A DNA stretch of 64,000 nt, from the NCBI GenBank assembly GCA_002269645.1, contig NIVC01000045.1:310001-374000 (forward strand). The letters run 5' to 3'. Positions 1 through 12,787 of this stretch are shown in pieces. A model generated the notes under the pieces. That model did no database searches, had not been told where the DNA came from, and saw only the letters and a list, made by a program, of their open reading frames with translations. The position numbers and the translations under genes are program-made. The stretch is from Macrostomum lignano. Its lineage: Eukaryota. Position 1 is the first letter of the stretch. Every line of letters begins with the position of its first letter.

Positions 1-880
1 GTTGAGCATAGCGCTGAGCAATATCCGAGTCCAACATGAGCCAATCGGTAGTTGGATTGTCTACGCGAAGGCGAAAGTCAATGATGAAGGCTAATAGGCG
101 AGAGTTGGACTGCAGGATGATTGGCAAAGGTGCACCGCCGCTGAAAATCAGGCCGCTGCTGGTTGCATTGCTGGCAGGTGCAGTGGAGTTGAACCTGCTA
201 GACGGCATGAAGAACAGCCGGTCGGTGAGGCGGTGCAGATCCGCCGGTAGTCCAGCAGCCGCAGTCGCTGCTGCATCCTGCGCGCTAGCTAAGTTTCTAC
301 AGGCGCTCTCGGATTTGTCCAACCTCAGGGCGCCGAAAAAGTGCACAGTCTCCTCTTTTGAAGGCTGGCAGGCGCCAAACAGGTAGTGATATTCGACTCT
401 AATGTCGGAGAACTGTCTGAAATTGAAGTGCGTATCAGCGGCGCGAGTCTCTGCGGCCATAAACAGGTGCTGCTGGAACACGTGGCTGCAGTGGTCGGAG
501 TCTGCTGGCGAGTTCAGCTCAACAATGAGATCTCGCATCCCTAACTGGGTGCCGTTGGCTTCCAGCCAGGCAGATGACGCGTCATGCACCCATAGCTTGC
601 CGGGGAAGACGGTTGCTAGGAGGTGGCGGAGCTCGTACAGGCCGGCAGTTGTGAGGCCGTCGGGACCGGAGCGCAGCGCAGCTGCTGCCCAGCTTCTGGT
701 CTCCGGGTCTTGGCGAAGCGGCAGTCGGATGTTCAACAGGCGGTTGTACATGGGATAGGCCACGCTGGGATCCGGTGGTCGCTCGCAAACTCCAGACGCT
801 AGCAGGCCGACCGGAGCACCGGTCAGGAAGACGATCAGGATTGGCCATAGACGATGGCTGTCGGCCAGATGATTGGGCAT
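1..880 (-). CDS. Secreted or membrane protein of unknown function, 5' part (ORF runs off the window start)
   Basis: Hand translation from ATG at 880 is open for 293 codons to the window edge: MPNHLADSHRLWPILIVFLTGAPVGLLASGVCERPPDPSVAYPMYNRLLNIRL...FGACQPSKEETVHFFGALRLD...DNPTTDWLMLDSDIAQRYAQ. It has an N-terminal signal-peptide-like hydrophobic stretch and N-glycosylation sequons NGT, NST and NAT. Absent from the ORF track because no stop lies in the window. A possible acceptor (CCTTCCCCAG, minus strand) lies at about 919. Family not recognised. Confidence 0.75.
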   Translation of the reverse strand, partial: MPNHLADSHRLWPILIVFLTGAPVGLLASGVCERPPDPSVAYPMYNRLLNIRLPLRQDPETRSWAAAALRSGPDGLTTAGLYELRHLLATVFPGKLWVHDASSAWLEANGTQLGMRDLIVELNSPADSDHCSHVFQQHLFMAAETRAADTHFNFRQFSDIRVEYHYLFGACQPSKEETVHFFGALRLDKSESACRNLASAQDAAATAAAGLPADLHRLTDRLFFMPSSRFNSTAPASNATSSGLIFSGGAPLPIILQSNSRLLAFIIDFRLRVDNPTTDWLMLDSDIAQRYAQ

Positions 881-984
881 GTTCTGGCTGCCCAACGAGT
901 CCGCTCTCGGTAGATGATCTGGGGAAGGGTGGGTGACGGAGTCAAGATATTTTTGACTAAATAGACTGAAGAACTGAGGAAGAG

Positions 985-1701
985 GGTAGCTGCAACCCCA
1001 ACTGACTGAAGCCCAGAGGAAGAGAGGCTGCAAACCCAACTGACTGAAGCCCAGAGGGAGAGAGGCTGCAACCCCAACTGACTGAAGCCCAGAGGGGGAG
1101 AGGCTGCAACCCCAACTGACTGAAGCCCAGAGGGAGAGGCTGCAACCCCAACTGACTGAAGCCCATAGAGGGAGAGAGGCTGCAACCCCAACTGACTGAA
1201 GCCCATAGAGGGAGAGAGGCTGCAACCCCAACTGACTGAAGCCCACAGAGGGAGAGAAGCTGCAACCCCAACTGACTGAAGCCCACAGAGGGAGAGAGGC
1301 TGCAACCCCAACTGACTGAAGCCCATAGAGGGAGAGGCTGCAACCCCAACTGACTGAAGCCCATAGAGGGAGAGAGGCTGAAACCCCAACTGACTGAAGC
1401 CCAGAGGGGAGAGGCTGCAACCCCAACTGACTGAAGCCCACAGAGGGAGAGAGGCTGCAACCCCAACTGACTGAAGCCCATAGAGGGAGAGAGGCTGCAA
1501 CCCCAACTGACTGAAGCCCACAGAGGGAGAGAAGCTGCAACCCCAACTGACTGAAGCCCATAGAGGGAGAGAGGCTGCAACCCCAACTGACTGAAGCCCA
1601 CAGAGGGAGAGAAGCTGCAACCCCAACTGACTGAAGCCCAAAGGGGGAAAGGCTGCAACCCCAACTGACTGAAGCCCAGAGGGGGAGAGAGGCTGCAACC
1701 C
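985..1701. repeat. Minisatellite, about 36-41 bp unit GAGGCTGCAACCCCAACTGACTGAAGCCCATAGAGGGAGA
   Basis: About 18 tandem copies read directly; begins about 100 bp upstream of the minus-strand ATG at 880. Confidence 0.95.
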
Positions 1702-2339
1702 GAACAGACAGAATATTATTGAAACAATTGAAACAAGATTTTCAGAAACAATCAATCTGAAATATTATCTTCTACTGTTAAAAATAAACAAAAAAATTAT
1801 ATAAATTCACTCTGTACAAAAATAGAAAGTTCCAATCTAAATGACTAGTGTGTACAATGCAAATACAAAGTTTGGATAATACAAGCTATAAAGATAAATG
1901 AAGTTGCGAGGAAAACAATAAATTAAAAATCTGCAATCTAATGCACTCCACAACCTATACAGGATCACAGCCCACAAATCCGGCCAATGTACTATTATCG
2001 ACAGCTGTATCCGTGCAATGCGGAACTGAGAGCTGCTCGGTTAGCTAACAAACAGCCAAAGCTGCGAAGAATTCACCGATATTGGCATCGTCAAACGGTT
2101 AAAATAATAAAGAGATTGATTGTGCTGCATTCAAAATCATACTCTGCTTTATTTAGAAAATATTACTTATTTATTAACGTATTAATAGCCTGTTGTGGAT
2201 TTGTAATTTTGTAGTAGTGAACTTTAGATAGAAAGCATGAAGCATGGTTCAAATAAGGACGGCATGCGGGTTATTTTTCTGTTTGCTTTTTACCCCGTTC
2301 TTGTGTTACAATTTTGTGACTTTTATAACTGCCAACTAT

Positions 2340-3350
2340 GAAGAGGGTTCATGGCAATAGGGGTTCATGAGAGAGGGGTCATGAGAGGGTTCATTAGAAG
2401 AGGGGCTTATTGGAAGAGGGGTCATTGAAAGAACATTAGAATATGGGTCATTGGATAAGAGAGGCTCGTTGGAAGAGGGGTCATACTCGTAGGAAGAGGG
2501 ACTCATTGGAAGAGGGATAATTTAGAATTAGTCATTGGAAGAGAATTGGAAGAGGGGTCATGGGAATAGAGGTCATGGGAAGAGGGGGTCATGGGAAGAG
2601 GGGGTCATAGGAAGAGGGGTCATGGGAAGAGGGGTCATGGGAAGAGGGGTCATGGGAAGAGAGTGGTCATGGGAAGAGGGGTCATGGGAACTGGGAAGAG
2701 GGGTCATGGGAAGAGGGGTCATGGGAAGAGGAGCTCATTGGAAGAGGGGTCATTAGAAGAGGGATCATGGGAATAGGGGTCATGGGAAGAGGGGTCATGG
2801 GAAGAGGAGCTCATTGGAAGAGGGATCATGGGAAATGTCTTCCCATGAGAAGAGGGATCATGGGAATAGGGGTCATGGGAATAGGGGTCATGGGAATAGG
2901 GGTCATGGGAAGAGGGGTCATTAAAAGAGGGGTCATTAAAAGGGGTCATGGGAACTGGGAAGAGAAGTCATGGGAAGAGGGGTCATTGGAAGAGGGGTCA
3001 TGGGAAGAGGAGCTCATTGGAAGAGGGGTCATTAGAAGAGGGATCATGGGAATAGGGGTCATGAGAATAGGGGTCATGGGAATAGGGATCATGGGAAGAG
3101 GGGTCATTAAAAGAGGAATAAAAGAGGGGTCATTAGAAGAGGGGTCATTAGGAAATGGGTCATTGGAAGAGGGGTCATTGGAAGAGGGGTCATTGGAAGA
3201 GGGGTCATTAAGAGAGGGGTCATTAGGAGAGGGGTCATTGGAAGAGGGGTCATTGGAAGAGGGGTCATTAAGAGAGGGGTCATTAGGAGAGGGGTCATTG
3301 GAAGAGGGGTCATTGGAAGAGGTGTCATTGGAAGAGGGTCATGGGAAGTA
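2340..3350. repeat. Minisatellite, 15-bp unit GAAGAGGGGTCATGG / GAAGAGGGGTCATTG
   Basis: Degenerate tandem array; source of the GRGVM and EEGSL ORFs. Confidence 0.95.
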
Positions 3351-4264
3351 GGGAGGGACTATTAGAAGAGGGCAAATGGCTAAAACTGAGTCATATCATG
3401 AAGAAATTAATGAGATTTAATGGGACAGATTTTTAGGAAAAAGAGCTGTGAAAAGTGGGGTCAGGACGGGTCAGATAGAGGGGTCAGTGGAAGTGGGTTT
3501 AGGATAAAGGAGATCAAATGGGGATCATGCATAACATAATTTATAAGGTTAGATTTAAAAGTCTATACATTCAACAAAACAGATGACAAAAATCCATGAA
3601 AAATATAGAAAATAAGCCTATTGCTCCTGGTCCTACTCCTATCTACAGCTTTTGTAGTATGGAAGCCGATAGTGAACGTAAAAAAATACAGTGGCGATTT
3701 TATTATTCTTATAATATTGTTGTTGAATAAGAAATGGATCGGGTGACAGTCGATCCCAGACCAGTACGTCCGTTTTACAAGGTCAGCCATGGTCCCATGC
3801 AGAAGACTATTTAGAAGTTGGGATTTTGTCTCTGCCAGCTCATGTCCTCTCTCTTAAGTCCCAAACTCCACCTCTCCTCAAACAATCAGCAGCCATTTAA
3901 TCCGGACTTCTTTGCGGAATCTTGAACCCAGGAGGATTAAAGAAGAGATTGAAGTCTGATCCCGTGTATTATACATGTGTACACAAGGCTTACTGTCTCT
4001 CTATCACTCGGCTCATTACTGGCAGATGTTTGGAAGGCAAACACACAAGCGTACTAATATTATTCTATACCAAAGCGAACTTTATACTCATAGGTATACT
4101 GGTGAATCGAAGAAATGTGGACGCCGACAAGTTCCGAAAATTTCAGGCCATTCAGGGCTTAAAAAACCTTACGAAATATAAGTTCTATCTGATCTCTCTG
4201 CCCATGATAGATAGGATGGAATACGAATTATTATGGAACTTAAATTCTCATACATAATGATAGA

Positions 4265-4368
4265 TTGTGTATATGGTTTTGGAGGTAGACAATGATAAAA
4301 TTTTCACGAGTGGCGAAGCCACGAGTGACTAAAATTTATCATTGTCTATGACAAAACCATATACACAA
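4265..4368. other. Imperfect palindrome (about 100 bp) centred on TCACGAGTGGC-GAA-GCCACGAGTGA, probably part of an interspersed repeat
   Basis: TTGTGTATATGGTTTTG pairs with CAAAACCATATACACAA; TAGACAATGATAAAATTT pairs imperfectly with AAAATTTATCATTGTCTA; central TGGC-GAA-GCCA stem-loop. Confidence 0.7.
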
Positions 4369-5116
4369 ACACATTGTCTCATGAATGTATTTTTAGAAGC
4401 CTAAAATAATGATTCCTAAGCGTGGAATAATGAGCGTACAGCATGACACAATGCCCTCAGTTTACTCACCTTAGTTGTGTCTTCTATGTTATTAATTTAA
4501 TTTTAACTTTGGCAGAATTTTTGTCGTACTTAAATCTCGAATGACAAAAGGCTGGGCCTTGCAATTCGTAGCTTATCAAGCTAGTTTAGGCCTGTGTTGT
4601 TGTGAGTGATTGTAATTTTCTCTGCTGGTGTTATTTGGCAGAGACGATACGGCAGGTCCAAAACTACCCAAAGTTAAAGTATAGAAGGCTTGACTGACCA
4701 CGGCACTGTGTTAAAAGCTGAGGTGGGGAAATTAAAGCCTCCACAAAACCAAACTAAAATTGGTCAGCACGCCAACACACCCCAAAGCCGTACCAAAGCC
4801 GCCGGAAAGCACCCTCCTCTCCTCCGCCGTGGTAAAGGCCGGCGCGTGGGCTGGATTTTGCCGCCAGCCAATCAGAGACGACCGGCAGCGCCAACCCGTT
4901 TAATCGATTCGCCTTACCCTCTCTCTCAGAATGACCTTCCTATCCAATTAACCCCAACCAGCCCCGGCCCAATAAAGATAGCGCGTGCCCCGCGCGGACA
5001 GTGGATGAGTCACAAAAACAAGCCTTAACCCCCACCTTTTGTACGGCCTCTCCTTCACGTACGCCAAGCCAAACACAAACAAATTCAATTCACTCCAATC
5101 ATCGATTTTTTGGCAG

Positions 5117-5410
5117 GACTCGGCTGCAGGCTTGGCGGACAGTCGCGTAATGTGCAATCCTAGCCGGCACAGTGTCATAGCCGCGCAAGGCAGCGAAACT
5201 GATGCTGTAGTTGGCGGCAGGCTTCACAGCGTTCAATGCAGACGGCGCTTGTGCATAACAACACAGGGCGCCTCATCTATTGACAAGTATTCGAGAATTC
5301 TATTTCCATTATGCTTCAGTGTATTTAACATTATTTATTGGCTGGTCTATTTGCGCCTATCGGACGGCTCTGATACCTTGTTGAAAGAGTTTGATATTAT
5401 TATTGGTTAA
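5117..5410 (+). CDS. Terminal exon (end of M3-M4 loop plus TM4) of an anion-selective Cys-loop ligand-gated ion channel subunit (GABA-A/glycine/GluCl-like)
   Basis: ASSIDKYSRILFPLCFSVFNIIYWLVYL matches the IDxxSRxxFPxxFxxFNxxYW TM4 signature. Acceptor TTTTTTGGCAG ends at 5116 (phase 0), TAA at 5408-5410, AATAAA at 5456-5461. No upstream exons found in the window. Confidence 0.85.
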   Translation, partial: DSAAGLADSRVMCNPSRHSVIAAQGSETDAVVGGRLHSVQCRRRLCITTQGASSIDKYSRILFPLCFSVFNIIYWLVYLRLSDGSDTLLKEFDIIIG

Positions 5411-5479
5411 GATGAATCAAGATGAAGTTTTGAATAACGTATTTCTCGAATATTAAATAAATTATTTAAAATACACTCT

Positions 5480-5625
5480 CAGGGGCGTCGCCATGGGGGG
5501 GCACCGTAAAAGCTATGACCCGCTATGGAAATCAGTAATTCTGCTTCAGGGCAGGGCGCCAAAATGAACGCTGACAACACCTCAACACCTAATGTACTCC
5601 AATAAAATCCACGGCGAAGCCCATG
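5480..5625. mobile_element. Degenerate hAT-like MITE (146 bp)
   Basis: Left end CAGGGGCGTCGCCATGG and right end CCACGGCGAAGCCCATG form an imperfect TIR; 8-bp flanks TACACTCT / TAAACTCG match at 6 of 8 positions. Confidence 0.45.
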
Positions 5626-6467
5626 TAAACTCGTCATTTCAAATTATATCTATCCTATAATGCGCACTAAACCTAATTATAAATATATTAATTCATATAT
5701 TATCCTATCCGCGTTATTAAAAGTACATTATCGAAATCAACACGCATAGAGCATTCGGATGTCATAAATTCTTAATCCAATTGATAAATTGCGATCATTA
5801 CCTATAAAAAATTCAGAATAATTTATTCTACTCTTAGTAGCGTAAAGTAAATAAATCTGATTTATGTTAAAAAGTACAAATCAACTAAAACAGCAGTTTA
5901 TTCTGTTCTACAAGCCTATTTTTGATGTTTTACTTTAATTGCGATGTTCGTTCGTATTTTGATATAAACTCGTTTCTGTGTGCGTTTGGCTGCGCCATTG
6001 ATTTATAGTTTCTTTGTTTATCCTCTGTATACGAGAGTAGCGCATTTTTATTTTGATTTATACGCACGTATGATAAAAGTACTTGGGTATGGTACTGTAT
6101 CGTATTAATTCTCTTTTGCAAAGCATCTAACCTTTGCGTACAATGCACTCAAAAATTTGTATGCAATCTGCCTGCTGCGTAAAAAGGCAAGACAAAAATC
6201 CAAACTTTGCTATACAAAACCCATAATATTATAGACATTATCGGAGGCTGGAATTTTCCAAAATTGCTGGAATTTAATTTGCACCTGTTATACGCCATAA
6301 TATAATTTTCTACGGGTTATAAAATAATTATAGCGGCTGTGCTAATTCACAGCTTAATCAGTAAATAATGCGCAAATTATCTTTAATTAGTCAACTTTAT
6401 TTGTTAAAGTGAAAGATTTTATTACCTGTTCGACTGGGTTTCGCGTCACCAATGTCATGATTAACCA

Positions 6468-6985
6468 CGTCACCAATTTAGACAGTAAAGCGTCACCAAT
6501 TTAGACAGTAAAGCGTCACCAATTTAGACAGTAGCGTCACCGATTTAGAAAGTATAGCGTCACCAATTTAGACAGTAGCGTCACCGATTTAGAAAGTATA
6601 GCGTCACCAATTTAGACAGTAGCGTCGCCAATTTGGATAGTATAGCGTCACCAATTTAGACAGTAGCGTCACCAATTTGGATAGTATAGCGTCACCAATT
6701 TAGACAGTAGCGTCACCAATTTGGATAGTATAGCGTCACCAATTTAGACAGTAGCGTCACCAATTTGGATAGTATAGCGTCACCAATTTAGACAGTAGCG
6801 TCACCAATTTAGACAGTAGCGTCACCAATTTGGGTAGTATAGCGTCACCAATTTAGACAGTAGCGTCACCAATTTAGACAGTAGCGTCACCAATTTAGAT
6901 AGTATAGCGTCACCAATTTAGACAGTAGCGTCACCAATTTAGACAGTAGCGTCACCAATTTGGACTGAAGCGTCACCAATTTCGA
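6468..6985. repeat. Minisatellite of mixed 21/23-bp units GCGTCACCAATTTAGACAGTA and GCGTCACCAATTTGGATAGTATA
   Basis: Direct reading; the two variants often alternate. Confidence 0.95.
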
Positions 6986-7409
6986 CAATATCAGTTTAAA
7001 GAATTCAGAAAGAGCTCGCCAACTTACACAAATCAAGAGTTCAAATGGTAAGATTTGAAATCCCAGCCACCGTCTTTTGTCAGCTTATCAACTGGACTGG
7101 CTAATCAAATCAAATTATGGGGACACTCTGATTGCAAGTGAAGCAAGTCAGGAAAAGTCTGATTTATCGATCGCAATCCCAGTCGAGAGAGAGAGAGTTC
7201 AAGAAACTTTTCGCTGTTCCAAATGTACTTAAATTTGATTCTTTCGTGCAAGGAACAGCACGATACGCTGATTAGTTTTAGGTTGAAAAAAATCTTTTTA
7301 AGTTTGGATAAAATGTCCTAGTTTTACTACTTAAGTAAAGTGGCAGTAGCCAGTCAGTAGCTATGAGAAAAAAATCAATTTTAATTACAACAATATAAAT
7401 TTTTTAACA

Positions 7410-8978
7410 ATGACCCCTCAATCTACTGCAAGACCCCTCAATCTACTGCATGACTCCTCAATCGACTGCATGACCCCTCATTCTACCGAATGAACCCCCA
7501 ATCTACTGCATGGCCCCTCCAATCTACTAAATTACCCCCGCAATCTACTAAATGACCCCTCAACCTACTAAATGACCCCTCAATCTACTAAATGACCCCT
7601 CAATCTACTAAGTGACCCCTCAATCTACTAAATGACCCCTCAATCTACTAAATGACCCCTCAATCTACTAAATGACCCCTCAATCTACTAAGTGACCCCT
7701 CAATCTACTAAATGACCCCTCAATCTACTAAATGACCCCTCAATCTACTAAATGACCCCTCAACGTACTAAATGACCCTTCAATCTATTAAATGACCCCT
7801 CAACCTACTAAATGACCCCTCGATCTACTAAATGACCCCTCAATCTAGTAAATGACCCCTCGATCTACTAAATGACCCCTCAATCTAGTAAATGACCCCT
7901 CGATCTACTAAATGACCCCTCAATCTAGTTAGTAAATGACTCCTCAATCTACTAAATGACCCCTCGATCTACTAAATGACCCCTCAATCTACTAAATGAC
8001 CCCTCAATCTACTAACTGACCCCTCAATCTACTAATGACCCCTCAATCTACTAAATGACCCCTCAATCTACTAAATGACCCCTCAATCTACTAAGTGACC
8101 CCTCAATCTACTAAATGACCCCTCAATCTACTGCATGACCCCTCAATCTACTAAATGACCCCTCAATCTACTAAATGACCCCTCAACCTACTAACTGACC
8201 CTTCAATCTATTAAATGACCCCTCAACCTACTAAATGACCCCTCGATCTACTAAATGACCCCTCAATCTAGTAAATGACCCCTCGATCTACTAAATGACC
8301 CCTCAATCTAGTAAATGACCCCTCGATCTACTAAATGACCCCTCAATCTAGTTAGTAAATGACTCCTCAATCTACTAAATGACCCCTCGATCTACTAAAT
8401 GACCCCTCAATCTACTAAATGACCCCTCAATCTACTAACTGACCCCTCAATCTACTACATGACCTCTCAATCTACTGCATGACCCCTCAATCTACTGCAT
8501 GACCCCTCAATCTATTAAATGACCCCTCAACCTACTAAATGACCCCTCGATCTACTAAATGACCCCTCAATCTAGTAAATGACCCCTCGATCTATTAAAT
8601 GACCCCTCAATCTAGTAAATGACCCCTCGATCTACTAAATGACCCCTCAATCTAGTTAGTAAATGACTCCTCAATCTACTAAATGACCCCTCGATCTACT
8701 AAATGACCCCTCAATCTACTAAATGACCCCTCAATCTACTAACTGACCCCTCAATCTACTAATGACCCCTCAATCTACTAAATGACCCCTCAATCTACTA
8801 AATGACCCCTCAATCTACTACATGACCTCTCAATCTACTGCATGACCCCTCAATCTACTGCATGACCCCTCAATCTACTAAATGACCCCTCAATCTACTG
8901 CATGACCCCTCAATCTACTAAATGACCCCTCAATCTACTGCATGACCCCTCAATCTACTACATGACCTCTCAATCTAC
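7410..8978. repeat. Minisatellite, 20-bp unit ATGACCCCTCAATCTACTAA
   Basis: About 75 copies with internal block duplications (marker CTAGTTAGTAAATGACTCC recurs at about 7925, 8350 and 8655). Confidence 0.97.
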
Positions 8979-9889
8979 GGTTCTCTCTTGAGGGCATCCT
9001 GACTCCTTTAGCCTATAGCTCTATTGTTAAACAGCTAGATACCGTCATGAAATGAAAGCTATATGCAATCTTGACCCATATGGCCTCTCAATGATTGACT
9101 GACAGAGATCAGTATATATTCAAAACTCGAATATTTTGCCTGCCTGCAGCACAACCCATTGTGCCGCTCTCAGTGTAATGTCACTGAACTGTCTCTCTCT
9201 AAGTAGCCGCGGATGATCAATGACCATTACTTAGTGAACGCATTGGCCGGGTTACACAGCTGTTTTGCAACCAGAGGTCAGTGTAAGATTCTCCATACAG
9301 ATTTTACATTATCTCAAAAATAATCTTGAAGGCGATTGTGTATGGATGAGACGATGAGACGGTTACTATAGACGTTTCATAGACGATTGTCCAACTTCTA
9401 TTAGGTTGCTTTCACGTAGAGCTCGGGTTGCACAAGCAGTTCACCCAGTGGATTACCTGCTCTCCATGGGAACTAATACATAACTAACTAAACTCTATAT
9501 GAGCTGCCAATTGTTGCATCAGATCGTGAATCTAAAATATGGGGAATTGCCAGGGCCTGCATGCAGTTTCTAAGGCCAAAAAACACATTGAGCTCTCTAG
9601 TTGCTCAACAGCCAGCATTGGGAGGAACAAAGTTTAAGGATTGTTTTGGTTGTTTAGCCACCGAACCCCAGGTTTATTGCGTGCCAAAATTGAAATAAAA
9701 TTCTCAGCTCGTGGAAAAAGCAATTTAGAACTTGAATGTATAAAAGGAGACTCATTCACACTTCATTGTAGGGTTTACTGTTTACATATTGGATTGCGCA
9801 AGGTTCCATATGGAACCGATTCAAATGAATTTTCCTTATTTTGCCTCTGTTTAATTGAAACTGAAGGTAGAAAATAGAAAATGTAAAAA

Positions 9890-10520
9890 TGTGGGAGAGG
9901 AGAGGGTTGAGAAGAGAGAGTGGAGAGGGAGAATAGGAGAGGAGAGAGTGGAGAGCAGAGAGTGGAGAGAGGAGAGAGTGGAGAGAGGAGAGAGTGGGAG
10001 AGGGGAGAGTGGGAGAGGAGAGAGTGGGAGAGGAGAGAGTGGAGAGTATAAAGTGGAGAGGGAGAATAGGAGAGGAGAGAATGGAGAGGGAGAATAGGAG
10101 AGGAGAGAGTGGAGAGCAGAGAGTGGAGAGAGGAGAGAGTGGAGAGGAAAGAGTGGAGAGAGGAGAGAGTGGAGAGAGGAGAGAGTGGGAGAGGGGAGAG
10201 TGGGAGAGGAGAGAGTGGGAGAGGAGAGAGTGGAGAGGAGAGAGTGGGAGAGGGGAGAGTGGGAGAGGAGAGAGTGGGAGAGGAGAGAGTGGAGAGGAGA
10301 GAGTGGAGAGGGAGAATAGGAGAGGAGAGAGTGGAGAGGGAGAATAGGAGAGGAGAGAGTGGAGAGCAGAGAGTGGAGAGAGGAGAGAGTGGAGAGGAGA
10401 GAGTGGAGAGAAGAGAGTGGAGAGAAGAGAGTGGGGGGAGAGAGTGGAGAGGAGAGAGTGGAGAGTAGAGAGTGAGAGAAGAGAGTGGGGGAGAGAGTGG
10501 GAAAGGAGAGAGTGGGAGAT
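9890..10520. repeat. Purine-rich low-complexity repeat (GGAGAGGAGAGAGTG-like)
   Basis: Almost exclusively G/A on the + strand. Confidence 0.9.
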
Positions 10521-11174
10521 ACTAGGAGACTGCACAGAAGCAGCTCAAAGCAGTCAGCAATCCAGGCAAGCAGCTCATTAGCGACTCGGTGAAGGCAGGT
10601 GAAGTGATCTGGGATAAAAGAACCCCCCAGTCCGCAAATTTCATGTCGTTAGGATTGAGTTTCGGAAACTGAGGCTCCCCGAGTCTCAGGTCCTGCGCCG
10701 CCATATCATCCGTGTTCGATAGAAAGATTCCTTGTAAATTTTCGAACAAAACATGGCGGGCTGGACAAAGAGGGGGGCGCCGAACAAGAGGAGGGAGGGG
10801 AGCCGCCCCTATGACGGCGGGGGGCATGCACAGATTAACAACATGGCATTGAGCAGGAGCCGTGTCTTGTCATTTAGTTTAGCGAAGTTAGTTGTGACAT
10901 AAGGGCGGGCGATGGGGTTGGAGAGGGGAGTGAGTCTCGGGGACCTGGCTCTGGGATCTTTGACTCAAAACCCTTCTCTTCCATAGCCTCCCTGATTTTT
11001 TTCTCCCTACGCTCTCACCTGCATCTCTCTTCAAGGGGATATTGTTCAGCCTCAGTTTGCATCGGACGACTTCCCCAGTGCAGGGTTGAGAGATGACACG
11101 GGCTTACTTGGGGCAAAATAAAGTTGACACTTCAAAGTACGTCGAGCATTTTAAAGAATTTAAAAACACCCAGC

Positions 11175-12133
11175 TACGGCGCCTCAAACTCCAAGCTGCG
11201 GCGCCTCAAACTCCAAGAAATAGCACCTCAAACTCCAAGCAAAGGCGCCTCAAACTCCAAGCAATGGCGCCTCAAACTCCAAGCAATTGCCCCTCAAACT
11301 CCAAGCAATGGCGCCTCAAACTCCAAGCAATTGCCCCTCAAACTCCAAGCAATGGCGCCTCAAACTCCAAGCAATGGCGCCTCAAACTCCAATCAATGGC
11401 ACCTCAAACTCCAAGCAATTGCCCCTCAAACTCCAAGCAATGGCGCCTCAAACTCCAATCAATGGCACCTCAAACTCCAAGCAATGGCGCCTCAAACTCC
11501 AAGCAATGGCGCCTCAAACTCCAAGCAATGGCACCTCAAACTCCAATCACTGGCACCTCAAACTCCAAGCAATGGCTCCTCAAACTCCAATCAATGACAC
11601 CTCAAACTCCAAGCAATGGCGCCTCAAACTCCAAGCAATGGCGCCTCAAACTCCAATCAATGGCACCTAAAACTCCAAGCAATGGCGCCTCAAACTCCAA
11701 TCAATGGCACCTCAAACTCCAAGCAATGGCGCCTCAAACTCCAATCAATGGCACCTCAAACTCCAAGCATTGGTGCCTCAAACTCCAAGCAATGGCACCT
11801 CAAACTCCAATCACTGGCACCTCAAACTCCAAGCAATGGCACCTCAAACTCCAATCAATGGCACCTCAAACTCCAAGCAATGGCGCCTCAAACTCCAATC
11901 AATGGCACCTCAAACTCCAAGCAATGGCGCCTCAAACTCCAAGCAATGGCGCCTCAAACTCCAATCAATGGCACCTCAAACTCCAAGCAATGGCGCCTCA
12001 AACTCCAATCAATGGCACCTCAAACTCCAAGCAATGGCGCCTCAAACTCCAATCAATGGCACCTCAAACTCCAAGCAATGGCACCTCAAACTCCAAGCTA
12101 GGGCGCCTCAAACTCCAAGCAATGGCGCCTTAA
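11175..12133. repeat. Minisatellite, 22-bp unit CTCAAACTCCAAGCAATGGCGC
   Basis: About 43 copies; all three + frames give the same cyclic peptide, as expected for a unit not divisible by 3. Confidence 0.97.
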
Positions 12134-12787
12134 ACACCAAGCCTGACTCTGACAATAGATTTCGTCAACTTAGACGTACCTTAGTACAATCGAAAAAAAC
12201 AATATTTTTAGTTACGTTGGCGATTATTTCAATTATGAATTTTATGAGTGTAGAAAGCATATCAACTTTAAATAAACAAACATAACGACTAAATAACTGT
12301 GGAGATATGGTGTTAAGGCTTCCAATATTTTGCTAGCATTCTGTCGCTACCTAAATGTACAAAGAGTGAATTTAGAATCATAGCTTCATTTAATATTTAT
12401 GAGAACCACTCAAAGAGAAAACAGTGTTTAGTTAGTGGAAACAAACAATAAGCAAAAAATGGTCAAAAACTACTCATGTAAGATTTTTATCTTGTAATTC
12501 TCTTTGAATCAAGACAATTTTTATACTCGGTTTGTGTAATTTCAAGTGTGCTTTTGTCTGTATGCCTGTATTTTGAGATTTTACATATGGGAGTTATGGA
12601 ATTTAGCATGCAGTGATTGGTTTAGATTTTAGAATCGAAACTGCAAGGTCAGCGCTGCAGCTTGTAAAGGAAGAGATTGAATCAGTTGATCTATTTCCAT
12701 GGATACACAAAAATAATTTATATTGTCCTTTGGATTAACAAGCAGGACATGCTTCATTTCAAAAATTATTGTTACAATGGTAATCTT

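Noticed and set aside
36-848. Track ORFs 36-386(+), 402-758(+) and 582-848(-)
   Set aside because: Antisense or off-frame shadows of the real minus-strand frame starting at 880.
835-3351. Long ORFs over the 1-kb and 2.3-3.3-kb arrays (e.g. 306 aa, 235 aa, 194 aa)
   Set aside because: Periodic translations of non-coding minisatellites with no splice or start context.
3922-4257. AT-rich ORFs of 111 aa and 68 aa
   Set aside because: No recognisable motif and composition unlike the real exons; could be a TE remnant but unsupported.
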